Positions 13,901-27,020 of a stretch of 64,000 bases of DNA are shown one piece after another (position 1 is the first letter of the stretch; every line of letters begins with the position of its first letter). The DNA lies in NCBI GenBank assembly GCA_040357565.1, contig JBDODJ010000021.1, one strand, 5' to 3'. Position numbers and translations under genes: made by a program. The DNA is from Cercozoa sp. M6MM. Its lineage: Eukaryota > Protista > Endomyxa: Ascetosporea. A model generated the notes under the pieces. That model made no database searches, was not told the DNA's origin, and was given only the letters and a program-made list of their open reading frames with translations.

Positions 13901-15066
13901 GTTTCGGCGTGATTCGCAGTGAGACCACGTGCCGCGTCGAGTGTTCCGACCGGAGCGAGGTCAGATATCGCTGTCAGCGCGGAAGCTGGTCACTGGTCAG
14001 CGGGTCAGCGTGTCCGCCAGTATCGCCGCAGTTGTTCGAACAAGTTGGTTGTCAGGTCGGCGAACTCTCCGCGCTCTACGGCGTGGCCAACCATGACTGT
14101 AGTTTTATCCCCCCCCCCCCGTTTAGCCCCCTGTTTACCCCCCCCCCCTGTTTAGCTTACCCCCGGTTTACCCCCCGTTTTACCCCCCCCCCCTCCCCAC
14201 GTGTGTAGGCGGAGTGAACGACGACGCGACGATAGCGCCCGGACAGGGTTGTCGTGTGCGGTGTCCAAGCTTGGCAGGAGGAGGCAGTAGTGGCACTGTT
14301 GGTAGTAATGTGACACTGGCCAATGTGAGCAATGCCGGCGCCGTCAATCTGAGTCACGAGGCGACCTTCACCGTGCAGTGCGAACAAGGTGGTTTGTGGA
14401 CTCCTCTCGCCAATGATACGGTAGCTCTCTTTACGCCCCCTGTTTACCCCCCTCGATTTCCTCCCCTGTTTACAGCTCTGCGGCATCGCTGACGGCTGCG
14501 AGCGGGCGCAGTTGGTGCCCTTCATCAATCGCACCTTCAACACCAGCGTTGTGCTGTCTGGTGAGGCTAACTTATCCCCTCCCCCCCATTTACCCCCTTT
14601 ACCCCCTCCTTTACCTCTTGCCCCTAGGCACATCATGCGGCGAGCTGGTGCCGGTGGGCGGCGTGTGTCGGGTCGAGTGCGAAAACGGCGATCGCTTCGG
14701 CTTCGTGTGCGAGGGCGCCGACTCGTTCCGTGCACTGAGTAGTTTCGAGTGCAAGCAGCCAGTACCATGGCTTCTGTATCTGCTGGGAGGCACTACTGTT
14801 GTCCTCCTGCTGAGTGCTGTCTACTGGATCGTGTCACATCCCATTCACGCTGCCTCTCGCGATGTCGAGGCTCGACAAGGTTCCATTTGTCTCAGTACAG
14901 TGCCATTGTACCTGGACTAATTTACTGACTGCGTTTAGAGGATCGACGCATCGCGAGGGGACTCCTGAGCGACTCGGAGCAAGTAGGCGGACAGCAGGCC
15001 ACTCCTAGTGCAGAGCGTGTTCGGCCCAAGGGAAACTTGAAGGTAACTGGGCCGGCGCCAGAGTAA
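10954..15066 (+). CDS. Cys-rich (sushi/CCP-like repeats) type-I membrane protein; 5' end in or beyond the gap
   Basis: Repeated CxVxC...C..G.W units over many exons, hydrophobic PWLLYLLGGTTVVLLLSAVYWIV, short tail, TAA at 15066. Confidence 0.6.
12576..13329 (+). repeat. Largest intronic C-rich telomere-like tracts
   Basis: Introns 12576-12865 and 12951-13329 consist almost entirely of irregular CTGTTTA(C)n and TTTA(C)n units. Confidence 0.95.
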
Positions 15067-15327
15067 ATCGACCCCGGAGTGTCGGTAGATACGTTAATCC
15101 TTTATAGTACTACATATACAGCATACTACTTTAATCGTTACCCGGGCATGCGGTAATACGGTACAGTACAAAAAAAAAGTATGCACCACGAGGTCGCGGT
15201 TCTCTGGGTTGTAAATTCCGTCTCATCTGGGAACGTTCGGTTGTTTCTTTTTGTTTTCTTACCAACGCAAAGGTCGTTATTTAATTGTTTACCGTCCGAA
15301 GGTATAACATAATAAGTTAAAAGCGAG

Positions 15328-17658
15328 CTAGCGGAGGTACTTGCGGAGATCCTCGCCGCTGAGCAGCTCGACTTGCTTGACGACGTGCTGTGCGAGTTGC
15401 TCGACGTGCTGATCGCGGTGCTCGAGCAGCTCGGCCAGCGCCGGCGTCGTCTCGGGCAGCAGCGGCAACCAGTTATGCCGCAGTCGCGCGATAATGTCGG
15501 CCAGACAGGCCACGGCACAGGCGCGCACCGTGACGGAAGGAGCGTTGGTGGCCACGCGCAGCACCATGGCGTTGAGCGGCTTGGTGCGCGCTTCGCCTCT
15601 CCTGGCCTGCTCAGAGACATCCAGCTTTACAACAACACACCGACAAACCAGCCAACCAGTCAAAGACAAAAAATTACGGCTGCAGCCACGGCGAGATCAG
15701 CAGCATCGTCTGAAAAACAAGTCAAATAAAGGTGCAATCAACAGATGAAAGAGTAAGAATAATTCGCGTACCACCAAGGGCGACACGCGGCACACACGCG
15801 AGTGCGAGTCGACCGATGCACGGTACCAATCGCGCAGCAGCAAAGGCGCGGTACTCCATGTCGCTCATCGGCAGTTTCTGCGGCACCGCCGACAGCAGAC
15901 TGCTCGCATCATTCATTCATTCATTCATTCATTCATTCATTCATTCGATACTTTGATATTCACTTATTAACTCATTTCGTTCCCATTCATTTAGTTTCAA
16001 ACAAAGCACACAAGCAAAGAAAGCCCAAGTACCCAACGAGCGGCATCGCGAGCGAGTCGAAACGTTCCTGTGCATTTCAGTTGAGAAATTTGAGTGAAAC
16101 AAGTCTGAAAAACACACCTGAGTCATGAAGCGGCGCAGCTCGCTGTCAAAGTGCAACAACGTGCCGAGCGCATCGAGCGAAAGCTGCGTTACTTGGCGCA
16201 AACATTGACGGTCTTGCGCACACTCTTGCAAAAGCTTTTCTCTCTGCGAAACAAAAACAAAGCGTTCACTTTCACAAAAGCAGAGAAAGCTATTTCAGCG
16301 AAAAACCAAGAGAAATCAGTTAATACCAGAAGCAAAGCAGCACTTGCTTCGTCTTGTTTCTCGTCCTCTTCGTCGCTTTCTTCAGAGCGACGTCGCTTGG
16401 CAGTTTGCTCCAACACAGAAGCGTCCACAACAGCAACATCGTCCTCCAGATCGCTCACTTGAACCACCAGACGCAGCAAGAGCGACATCTGATCACAAAA
16501 CCAAACAAACACAATTGTTCGCCGATCGGACAAGGTTGTTTTCGTCGAAATTAAACTGATAAAAACAGTACCTGCTCCAAGACGAGCGGTGCAACCGGCA
16601 AGAAAAGCTCCTGCAGACTGCGTGCCAACGTTCGGACCTACAACAAGTTAAATTAAATTAATTCAAGTGATATTGCAAGAAACGCCAAGAAATCGGAAAA
16701 TACCACGCGCATCAAAGTGACAGCACGGTGCAGTTTGACGCCTTGCTCCTTGAGCGACAGCAACGAAATGCCTGCTTGCATTCATCAGACAAAGACATAG
16801 ACTCAAAACTAAAAGGCTTTGAACCAGCTTTTGATTACCTGAAATTTTGCTCGAGCGACGACGCTTCTTTTTGGATTTCTTCGCCGCATCGTTTCCGAGA
16901 ACGTCCGTGACAGCGGACACGAGACCTATGAACCGAACCGTCCATAGTGCTGATTGCGATTCTTAGTCAAAGCAAGCGAGGTACCGCCCAGTGCGTCAAG
17001 CTGCGTCCACTGAAGCCCTGTTACAAAAAAAAATGAAAAGATTGAAAAGACAAGATTTAAGAAAAAAAGTACATTTCACAAGCAGCGGCTGCAACTGACG
17101 CTCGTGCAAGTTGAGGGCCGTTCGCACAAAGCAATGAACCTAGCACACCAATGTAAACATAGAACTATACATATTATAACATGCATATATATATATTTAT
17201 ATATATATAGATATGCAGATTGAAGTACCAACGCTTCCTCGACGGCCTCAGCAGGAACGGTCTCGTCCACTTCGACAGTCGAAAGCGAATTCGCAGCGCT
17301 CAGAACAAACTGGAACACCTGCCGGGAACACATGGCGGGTAAAGGGGAGATAGCTGGGCTGAAACATATATCCTACCTGAGTGTGGAGTTGCTGTGCCTG
17401 CTGCGACGACAACTGCGCGCACAGCGGCAGCACGATGGCACGCAACAACACCAGCTGCACCAGCGTGTTCTCACTACACACACACACATATATATGTATA
17501 TCTATATTTATATATATAATGTATGATATATAGAGGAAGCTACGTTTGCGCAAAGAAACGCGTGGCGTGCGGCAGCAGCAGACGCGGCGGCATGGCGCTC
17601 ACCAGGGTGTAGGCCTGTCAGGGTGCATGTGGTACTATTGATATGACACCCCTGTGTG

Positions 17659-17712
<54 letters not shown>

Positions 17713-17722
17713 NNNNNNNNNN

Positions 17723-17770
<48 letters not shown>

Positions 17771-20700
17771 TACCAGATGACGCTGCGCCGACGGCAGATC
17801 GTTCGGCACGAGTCGCGACGTCTCGCGGTCCAAGTCGTCTTGTGCCGAGTACCACGAGTCGTCGCTGTGAGTGCCCAGACTGTCCAGAGTGACGTCGTTG
17901 CCACTCAGTACGGCCACAGGTGGCAAGGCGCCTCTACACACCATGCATAGTTACATACACAAATATGCATACATATATACACATACACACACACATACAT
18001 ATATACACATACACTCACACACTACACACACACATACATACACACACATACACACACATACATACATACACTATATATAGTAATAAAGGTACAGCAGCGG
18101 ATGCGACAGGCCCTTGTGCACAGCCTCGACATCATCGGGCAGTGCACACAGCACGCGCAGCATGCGAGGCACGTGCGAGTGCACCATGGCAGGCATCAGT
18201 GTCACAGCACGTGCCAGCGTCGCCACGGCCGTCACGCGACCTTGCTGCGCCAGTGTCAGTACGCGCGGCAGCATCTCTGGCCCTGCACAAACAAGTGAGT
18301 CTTCAAACAAACAGCCCAGCAGGGGGGGGGGGGTACACTGTGGCACGCACGCCACGCCGAGTCGCGCCACGCAGGCGTGCGTCACTTCGAGCGCCGCGGC
18401 CGCCCGTGCGTCCGATCGCGTCAGCAGCGGCGACACACTGCGCAGCACCGTCTGCACCGTCGCTTCTGGTACCACCTGCATCAGTCACACCGTCAATCAT
18501 CACATTGAACGATCACACTGAGCCATCAGAGAAACGCGCGCACCTTGGCCGGTGTCAGGGCCGCCAGAATCTCCAGTGTCAGCACGCGCACGCGCTGCGT
18601 CGTCTTGTCGCCCTCAGTGACACCGTCAGTAGTATCATCAGTGGTATCATCAGTGACACCGTCAACCAGGTGAGACACGAGGCGCGTCCAATATGACACC
18701 GTGTCGGCATCGTCGACGACACCGCAGTTGACCACGTGCGGTGCACGTGCCAGTAGCACCTCCAGTGTGCGCACCGTGATCGCGCGTGCTCGCGGCACCG
18801 TCGCATCAGCCGAAACCGTCGCAGTCAGCAGACGCAGCGACAGACGCGCGAACTCACCGAGCGACACCAGCGCGTTCAACGACAGCGCCGTCTCCTGGTA
18901 CTCCTCCGGCACTGCACCAGGGGGGTAAAGGGGGTAAAGGGGGTAAATGGGGGGTAAAACTACTCTGATGCATCTGCTGGAAGACACGCTCGACGGCTTG
19001 GTGCAGGGCTTCTTCTCTGTGTATAAATAATATACTAAATGTATATAATATATAAAATACACATAAACATAGTATATGCATAAAGTACCCTTCCTCGCCC
19101 AGAGCAGGCGACTCATCATCACGCAGCCAGCGTTTCACTGCACGCATACAAGATCTCCAGAAGGGTAGGGGCGGGGGGGGGTAAGTACCCAGCATGCGCA
19201 CGACTCGGTGAACCACCGTCGCATCACGCACCGTCACGAATCGCTCAGTTTTCTAAGGGGGATAAGTAGGGGGTAAGAATAAGGACGGGTCGAGGAATAG
19301 ACATACCACAGGCGCCAGTGCCGACACCAGAAGTGTCACAAGTCGCAAACGGTCCGGCCACGTGCACTGATCGATCAGTGGGTCAGCGATCAGTGCCTCG
19401 ACACCGTCAGTGGCGGTATCATTGATTTCCAGCAGCAGCGCCGCCGACAGCGCCGCTGGCGTTGAACGACCGCGCGCCGACGCGAAGGCTTCCAGCACGC
19501 TCTGGCGCAGTTCCTAGGGGGTTAAGGGGGTGAAAGGAGGGGGTAGGGGGTAAAAGGGGTAAAGCTACCGCGCGCAGTGCCGGCGACAGGTGCAGCAGCG
19601 GCGTCAGCGCCAAGACAGCACTCTCGTCGATGTGATTCACGGTGTGATCACTTGGCACGTGGGTTGACACGTGATCGTCCACGTGGGCCAGTGCACGTGT
19701 CACTGGCGGCAGGCACACTCGCAGTGCACCCGCCAGACCGTCTTGCGCCAGCTTGCACTACGCAGACACAAGAGTTTTACCCCCCCCTTTTACCCCCCTA
19801 GAAAGAAGACTTACCATGACAGCAGAGAGTGCGGGACGCAGCTCTTGTGGCACTACCGTGTGCTGATCGGCGGACTGATCCGTGTCAGTGTCACCGTCGA
19901 TCACTGCAGCGATCAATGCGGCCGCCACTTGCCACGTGCGCGCACGCATGTGACCACTCTGGCCAGACAGATCCACGAATGACGGTAGCGACAGCACGTG
20001 CCGCACCGCCAGCGACAGCACCTGCTGAACGAGCTCGCTGCCAAGGGGAGGGGGGTAAAGAGGGGGGTAAGGGGGGGAGGGGGGTAAAGTACCTCTTGCA
20101 TCGCACGCAGTCGGCAACGGCACGCAGTGCCACCAGACAGTGCTGCAGCAGTCGTTCCGCCAGCAGCACCGTGCTGACGGTTTCCGACTGATCCTCCGAC
20201 TGATCGTTCGACTGATCGTCACCGTCAGAGTCCGAGTCGGTATCATTGATCTCGTCGTCGAACATGGCATCGGCATCAAGCGTCTTGGCGACGCTTTCGA
20301 CAGCAGCGTCACCGCCAGCGTCACCGCCACTCACAGGCGTTTCTCTGATCGTTTCGACGGTTCGCAGTGCGAGATCACTGATCGCCTGGACCAGTGCACC
20401 GTCGCCCTTGACACTGCCGGCCACGGCGCCGAGGATTCGCAGCACGCGCTCCTGCTTCACCTGGTCCTACCCGGAGGGGGTAAAGGGGGTAAGGTGGTGG
20501 GGGGGGGGGAGAGGTAATCGTATACCTGCTGTCGCGTGACATGACGACACCACCAGTCAGCACTCGTATGCGACGCCACTGCACCCTGTCGACACACGTG
20601 TCCAAAAGGTACCAGTCCAGTGAGACACGTGCCCAAAGATACCAGCACGGTTTCGACTTGATCGCGAAGTTCGAGCTGCGCGCTCGTGTCCAGCACGGCG

Positions 20701-23700
20701 TCCAACAGCTCGTCACTAAACAAAAAAAAAAGTACCACTGGATCACGTGGTCCCCGTGGGTCACGTGGCCTGACTGGGTCACGTGACCCCAGTGGACACG
20801 TGTCAAGTGGCTACCGAGCCTTGCTGCCGAGTCGCGCACATGCTTGCGCCGACACGCGACGTAGCGCCACCTGCGACACCTGGAGACACAACTCACGCGC
20901 ACGTGACTGAGCCGACTGAGTCGATGATTGAGCCAACAGGGCCGCCAAGTGCACGCACTTGATCAGCGCCAGTCGCAGACTCTTCAACTGTACACATGCA
21001 TGTCCTTACTTATGTCCTTACTTGGGTCCATATATACCAAATATGGACAAGATTCCGTTCCTACCTGGACCAGTGTAGCCGGCACGGCGAAACGCAGCAG
21101 CGACACCAACGACGCCGCCAGCGACGCGCTCTGCCGCGCTCCGCGAACACCTTCCTTATTGCCTGGGGGGGGTAAAGGTGAGGCGGGGGGGGGGGGGNNN
21201 NNNNNNNNNNNNNNNNNNNNNNNNNNNNNNNNNNNNNNNNNNNNNNNNNNNNNNNNNNNNNNNNNNNNNNNNNNNNNNNNNNNNNNNNNNNNNNNNNGGG
21301 GGGGGGGGTAAAGAGGGGTAAAGGGGTAAAGAGGGGGGCAAAACTACCTTTGAGCCAGCGCAAAAGCCTCAGCGACGAGCCAATCGGCCAGTTTCTCGCG
21401 CACTTCCTTTTTGCCCTTGTCTACAAGCCCCCTTAAACAATGCACCTAACCCCCTTAAATAGAGAGCCTATACTGCTGATGAGTTGAGCCAATAGAGCCG
21501 GCAGCGCATGAGCCGCATGACGCAACTGCTGTCGCTGCTGCCACAGGTGCTGCAGCACGTGCGACGCCACCTTGTGCGGCAGCGGCTGGTGACCCAGCAC
21601 GAGGCCTGGAGGGAAGGAGATAAGGGGGGGGGGGGTAAGGGGTAAGGGGTAAGAAAGCTACCGGCTTCAGTGTAGGCCTTGCACTTCTTCTTGGCGTCCT
21701 TTTTCTTTTTGTCGGCACCGGTGGCAGCAGGACCGTCGTTGAGCATGCGCAGCATCTGGCCCAGCGTCTGCACGGCCTCGTGCCGCACCTCGTCGACGCT
21801 GTGACTGGCGCAGCCCATCACGTCCGTCAGTGCTGCCTGCGCGTCCACCTGTACACACACACACATCTATAATATTATGTATATAAATATATATATATAT
21901 ATATATGTATACTTGATCTGTCCAAATGGACAGGACAGACGGGCAGGACAGATGGACAGGACAGGTGGACAGCACAGGTGGACACACGGTACCGAGCAAG
22001 TGTGCCGCCGCGCAAAGTCCTCCAGCGCCAGGCGCAGCAGCTGCAGCGCCAGTGCCTGCGCACGTGCCGGCACCGCCTGCGTCGGCGAACGCAGTCGGCA
22101 CTACGCGCACATCACACATGAACACACTTTCAGACAGTCTTGTTTGTCAGACACTAGACACTAGACACTAGACACTAGACACTAGACACTAGACACTAGA
22201 CACTAGGAGGTTACCCGAACAAACTTAAGCGGTGCCGCCTGACAGAAGCGACGTCGCAGCAGCTGTAGCAGCCGCTCGCGCGTGCCACGCGTCTTGTTAA
22301 CTCCTGGAAAGGGTAACGAAAGGTAAATCGATCGACTCAAGGGGGTAAGAGACAAGTACCGCCCTCAAAGAGACCGATATTGGCCAGCAAACGATCCATT
22401 CGCTCGTTCCACTTGATCTCGTTCTTGCTCTGTACGCAACCAAAAAAAAATAAAACGATTTCTTCACATGCTTTCACTTGCTTTGGCAGCTAAGAAACGC
22501 TGCTTACGTCCGAAGCAGGCAGACGACGCATCACACCAACCAGCAGCGCCACGCAACGACGTCTCTGAGCAAAAGCAGCAGTTAAAATCATAAAAGCATC
22601 GCAAAAACGAAATAACTCATGAAACAGACTGAGTTTTTAATAAAGGTTTAGTTTTTAGAAAAAAGAAAGAAACGAACCTGCAACACGTGCGGCGAGCTCT
22701 CCTTCATCAGCGGCGTCACATCGAAATTCTCCAAATCGCCCATCTGCTTTCATTTTTGCAAACCAGACTTCTATAACGCGAAACAAAAAAGAATCAAGAA
22801 ACAAAACACACATCTGAAACGGCATTGCCGCCTTGGGCCAGCACAGCGTCACTCAGCACAAGCGCCTCGTCAATGGCACTGCTCGGGTCGGCTTCTACAC
22901 CCGCGCGCATGGTCAAACAAAATCTAGGCAGGGGAAATAAAGATTACGCGACACAAACAGCGCGTGCAGCAGGCGAACGGCGCGAAGCGACACCAAGTCA
23001 TGACGAACGCACGTACGCAACTCGTTGGACACCTCGTCCGTCTCTAAATTAGCAAGTTTCACATCCCACAGCACCAAAAAACAAACGGAAAAATGAAATA
23101 AGGGGTACCTGGCAGATCGACTGGAATGGTCAAACTCGACGTAGCAACCGCTTTCGTGCCGAGCTAACACACTATACATAACAAAAAGGGAGTTAAAAGA
23201 GCGTGAAATTACCTGCTCAAGACCAAGGCATTGTGAGGCGATTTTGGCAACGTGGTCCGGGACGCGCTCGTGTGTCATGGCAGCACATAGCAGGATGCAC
23301 TGGCTCACCGCATCCGTGAGCACACCCTGTGCAGTGCCAAAAACTTAGTTAGCTCAGTTGTTTCTTCAGTTTTGGCGTTAGGCACAAAAATAAAAGGTGT
23401 CTTACGTGTCGCTTGGCGCACTGCAAGGTGTCCAGCAGCATCTCCGAGTGTCGCTGCACAGCATCGGCTGTGTGCAATTTCTGTGCCTCAGTTCGACCGT
23501 CCAGGTTCGGGTCCTGTGCCGCCAGCTGTCTCGCCTACACAGACACACGACAGGCAGTGGAGGCAGTAGAGTAGGCAGTAGAGTAACCACACCTGTAGCC
23601 AGTGCAGCGACAGCGTGCGCACAAGCTGCCGACGCAGCACGTCTTCGCCGAGCAGTGCGTCCAACTGCGGCATCTTGAGCACCGAGCGCAGCACCTCCTT

Positions 23701-24696
23701 GTCCTGTGGGGGAGGGGTAAAGGATGCTGGGGGAGGGGGTAAAGGAGATGGGGAGGGGTGAATGCGTGTACCTCGTCCAGCAGGAGCTCCTGAAGCGCCA
23801 GATGAACGCCGTGCGCGCGCAGCTCGGGCACCACGTCAGCGCGTTTCTTGCGCAGTTGCTTGGTCACCTCACGCACGGCCGCCACGCGGATCGGCGCCTA
23901 TCACAACCCAGTATAATTTGCAACATTAATATTTCCAACATTGATCGATCATTGGTCGATCATTGATCGATCAGTGATCAAGGGTCAAGACGGTGAGCAC
24001 TCACCGTGGCATGTGCCAGTCGCAGACGCAGTGCGCCCGCGTCACACGCACCGTCACTCGGCGACACCGACATCAGCGCACTGTCCACCAGCGACGCGAA
24101 ACGCTCGATCAGCGCTTGCCGCTTCTGCGACCGGGGAGGGGGTGTGTCAAGGGGGTAAAGGGGGCGGGGGGGGGGGGGAGGGAGTAAAACTACAGCAGCA
24201 GCGTCCGAGACGTCCTGACAGCGGCGTCGCGCCAGCGCGTCGAACGTGCTCACGAAGGCGTCGGTGTGACGACGGTACAGTTGCGTGCACCTACACCGTC
24301 ACATCAGTCAAGTCAGTGATCAGTCAAGTGATCAGTCAAGCACGTGTCAAGTGGTACCACTTGCGCAGCACTGGCGTCACCTCGTCATTGGCTGACCAGT
24401 ATAATACACCCTCCTCATAGCCCTTTACCCATAGCCCTTTACCCCTCCCCCTGTACCCCGGGATACCTGAGAAGAGTGTGTCGACAATGGCTGGCAGCAC
24501 GGCGTCGAACTGCGCGAACTGATCGCTCAGTCGCATGATCGCCTCGGTGATAACCGTATCGGCACCGTCGGCACCGCTGCTCAGCACGCTTACGCACGTG
24601 CTCCACATGGCACTCAGCAGCACCGTGTTGCTCACCTGCACCACACACACACACGCACACGTGTCAGAACAGGACGGTTGCCGTGGAGGAACGCTC

Positions 24697-24766
<70 letters not shown>

Positions 24767-26801
24767 CACACACACGTGCTACCTTAGTGAGCGCCTGCGG
24801 CAGTTGCGTGCGCTGCAGCATGAGTGCCAATGTCTTGGCTACACACAGGTCAGGATCAATGGTCAGGATCAACGGGTTAGGGACGGGTAGGTATCAACGG
24901 GAGCACCAGGCAGCGAGCCGAGCTGACGCACTAGCATGCTTGTGAGTAGCGTGGCATCGCGCACGACATCGCTCGGTGCCTGCAGCGGCACGGCGTGCCA
25001 CAGCGCCTGCAGCAGCACGCCGCACGACTCGCTCGACAGCGACACGAAGCGACATAAGTCGGCCGTCACACTCATGCCGGCGTTCAGCAGATCATCGCAT
25101 GTTGGCCTGCAGCACTCCCCACATGAAATAAAAGATCACAAAACACAGTGCCTTAGAAGCAGTACACGCGCGGCACGAGCCGGCACTCCTTAAAGGCGTT
25201 GAGCGCCGTCTCTTGCAGCACCGGAAACACCGTCTGTAGCGACTGTGAGCCCTTCTGTCTCGCCTACAATCAAGGGAAACAATAAAGTTGCAAACTACTT
25301 TTAAAAGGTCACAAAAAGCCAGACGACCAAGCCTACCATGTGCAGCGTTAGCGTGGCCAAATGCATCAACAGACAACATTGGCTCTGACGCGAATAACGC
25401 GGAGCCGACAGACCGCGTTTCTTCTGCAGACGACGATCGATACGAACGCCCTTGACACAGAGCGATGCCACGTGCCGCAGCATCGTCGGGTCATCCAAAC
25501 AACGGTTTGCCAGCGTCTGTCGCGCTAGTCCGCCTCCTGTCGACACACAAAGTTGGGTCGTCAGGGAAAAACAAGAAAACAACAACGTAACGTAACACTA
25601 CACGCGTGGAGAAACGCACCAGACAAGTTCTTAAGCAGCAAGTTCCATTTCGGGTCCTCCAGACGCGTCAATTTCGCCAGTCGGCCAAAAACCTGCACGG
25701 CAATTTTAACTTTCGGATTTGTGTGGAAGCGGCGTGGGTCCGAACAAGATACTGTACCGGCTCATCATGCACCGGCAGAGCCGACGACAGCAAAGCCTCA
25801 CTGTTGAAACGATGCACATCGAATCGGCGCAGCAAGTGTTCCACGCATTGGTGTGCCGACTGCAGCCACACGGTATTTTGCAAACGTTATTTTGCAAATG
25901 GACTGGTCATATTTTACGGGGACGGGAGTGTATACCAAGGTGCGCCAATGCGGCGCCAGCAGCGACAGGAACTCATCTACTTTCTCGTTGAACGACTTCA
26001 CTGTGGCCTGCACAAGAGTTTTTGGTCGGAGAGAATAAAGGCAGACAAAGAAGCACATACCGCCTTCGCGTGCAAGCGATCAAACTTGGCCAACTCGCCG
26101 TCTGCAGTTTGTGTTTATATTAAAAAAACAGCGGTGTTGCCTGAAACTACCTTTGCCCGTGCCAAACAAAGAGTTCTTGTATCGAGCGAATCGCGGATCT
26201 AAAATCAAATAACATTGACCAACTAAACAACGTGCAAACCCAAAAAGATCGAGACGGTACCGACACTGCCGAGTTCGGTGAGTCCATTCCATGCTTGGTT
26301 CAGAATCTCCATGTCGTCCATGCTGCACACGAGCCAAAATTCTTTGGTCACTCGAAAACAACATTAAGTTTCGGTACCGATCGGCCACCTTCGGATCGTA
26401 CAACAATGAGACATTGCGTCTGCACACAAAAAGAAAGCGATCGTCCACGTAGTTGTTCCCACATTGTCCACCGGGAAACTACCGAACGCGGAAGCGACCG
26501 CCGTCGCGTCCACCGTGCACGACGCGCGCTGTGCCGGAGCTGCCCAAGATGATCAGTCATCTTTACACAACAAAAAACATGACATTGCAAAAACTCATAC
26601 CCAGCAGCAGCGGCGTCATTCGCCAGGCGCTACAGTCAATCACAAAATCATTGATTGGGCTCAACACAGAGTGCTCAATCAGTGCGCGCAGCACGCTGCA
26701 GCGCCAGGGCACGCGAGGGGCGCCAATCGCCACCCCACAGCGCTCCCCACAGAAAAAAACACAGATCATACCGTAACCTGGCGAGTGAGTTCTGATGACA
26801 T
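15328..26801 (-). CDS. UTP10: U3 snoRNP protein Utp10/HEATR1 (BAP28)
   Basis: N-terminus MSSELTRQV...SLLYDPKVAD...GLTEL..DPRFARYKNSLF and EHLLRRFDVHRFN; C-terminus WLPLLPETTPALAELLE..VE..AQ..VKQVELLSGEDLRKYLR; many GT-AG introns; spans an N gap. Confidence 0.92.
22150..22206 (+). repeat. (GACACTA)n heptamer array in a UTP10 intron
   Basis: About 8 perfect copies. Confidence 0.95.
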
Positions 26802-27020
26802 GCGCTCGTATGAAACCGCACGTGAAGATGGCACTCGGTCGCAGCAAGCGTGTGGCTATCGTATTCTGATGATTGAAACAATGAGGCGAAATGAGCCCAC
26901 AGCCACAGGGCCACAGTTTTCAGAGCCGATCGCTTTCAGCACCCCTTAGCCACGACGCACGGCCAACCACGCGTGTGTCTGCCCTGTGGCATCTGTGGTG
27001 GTGCAGAACATAGACGCACA

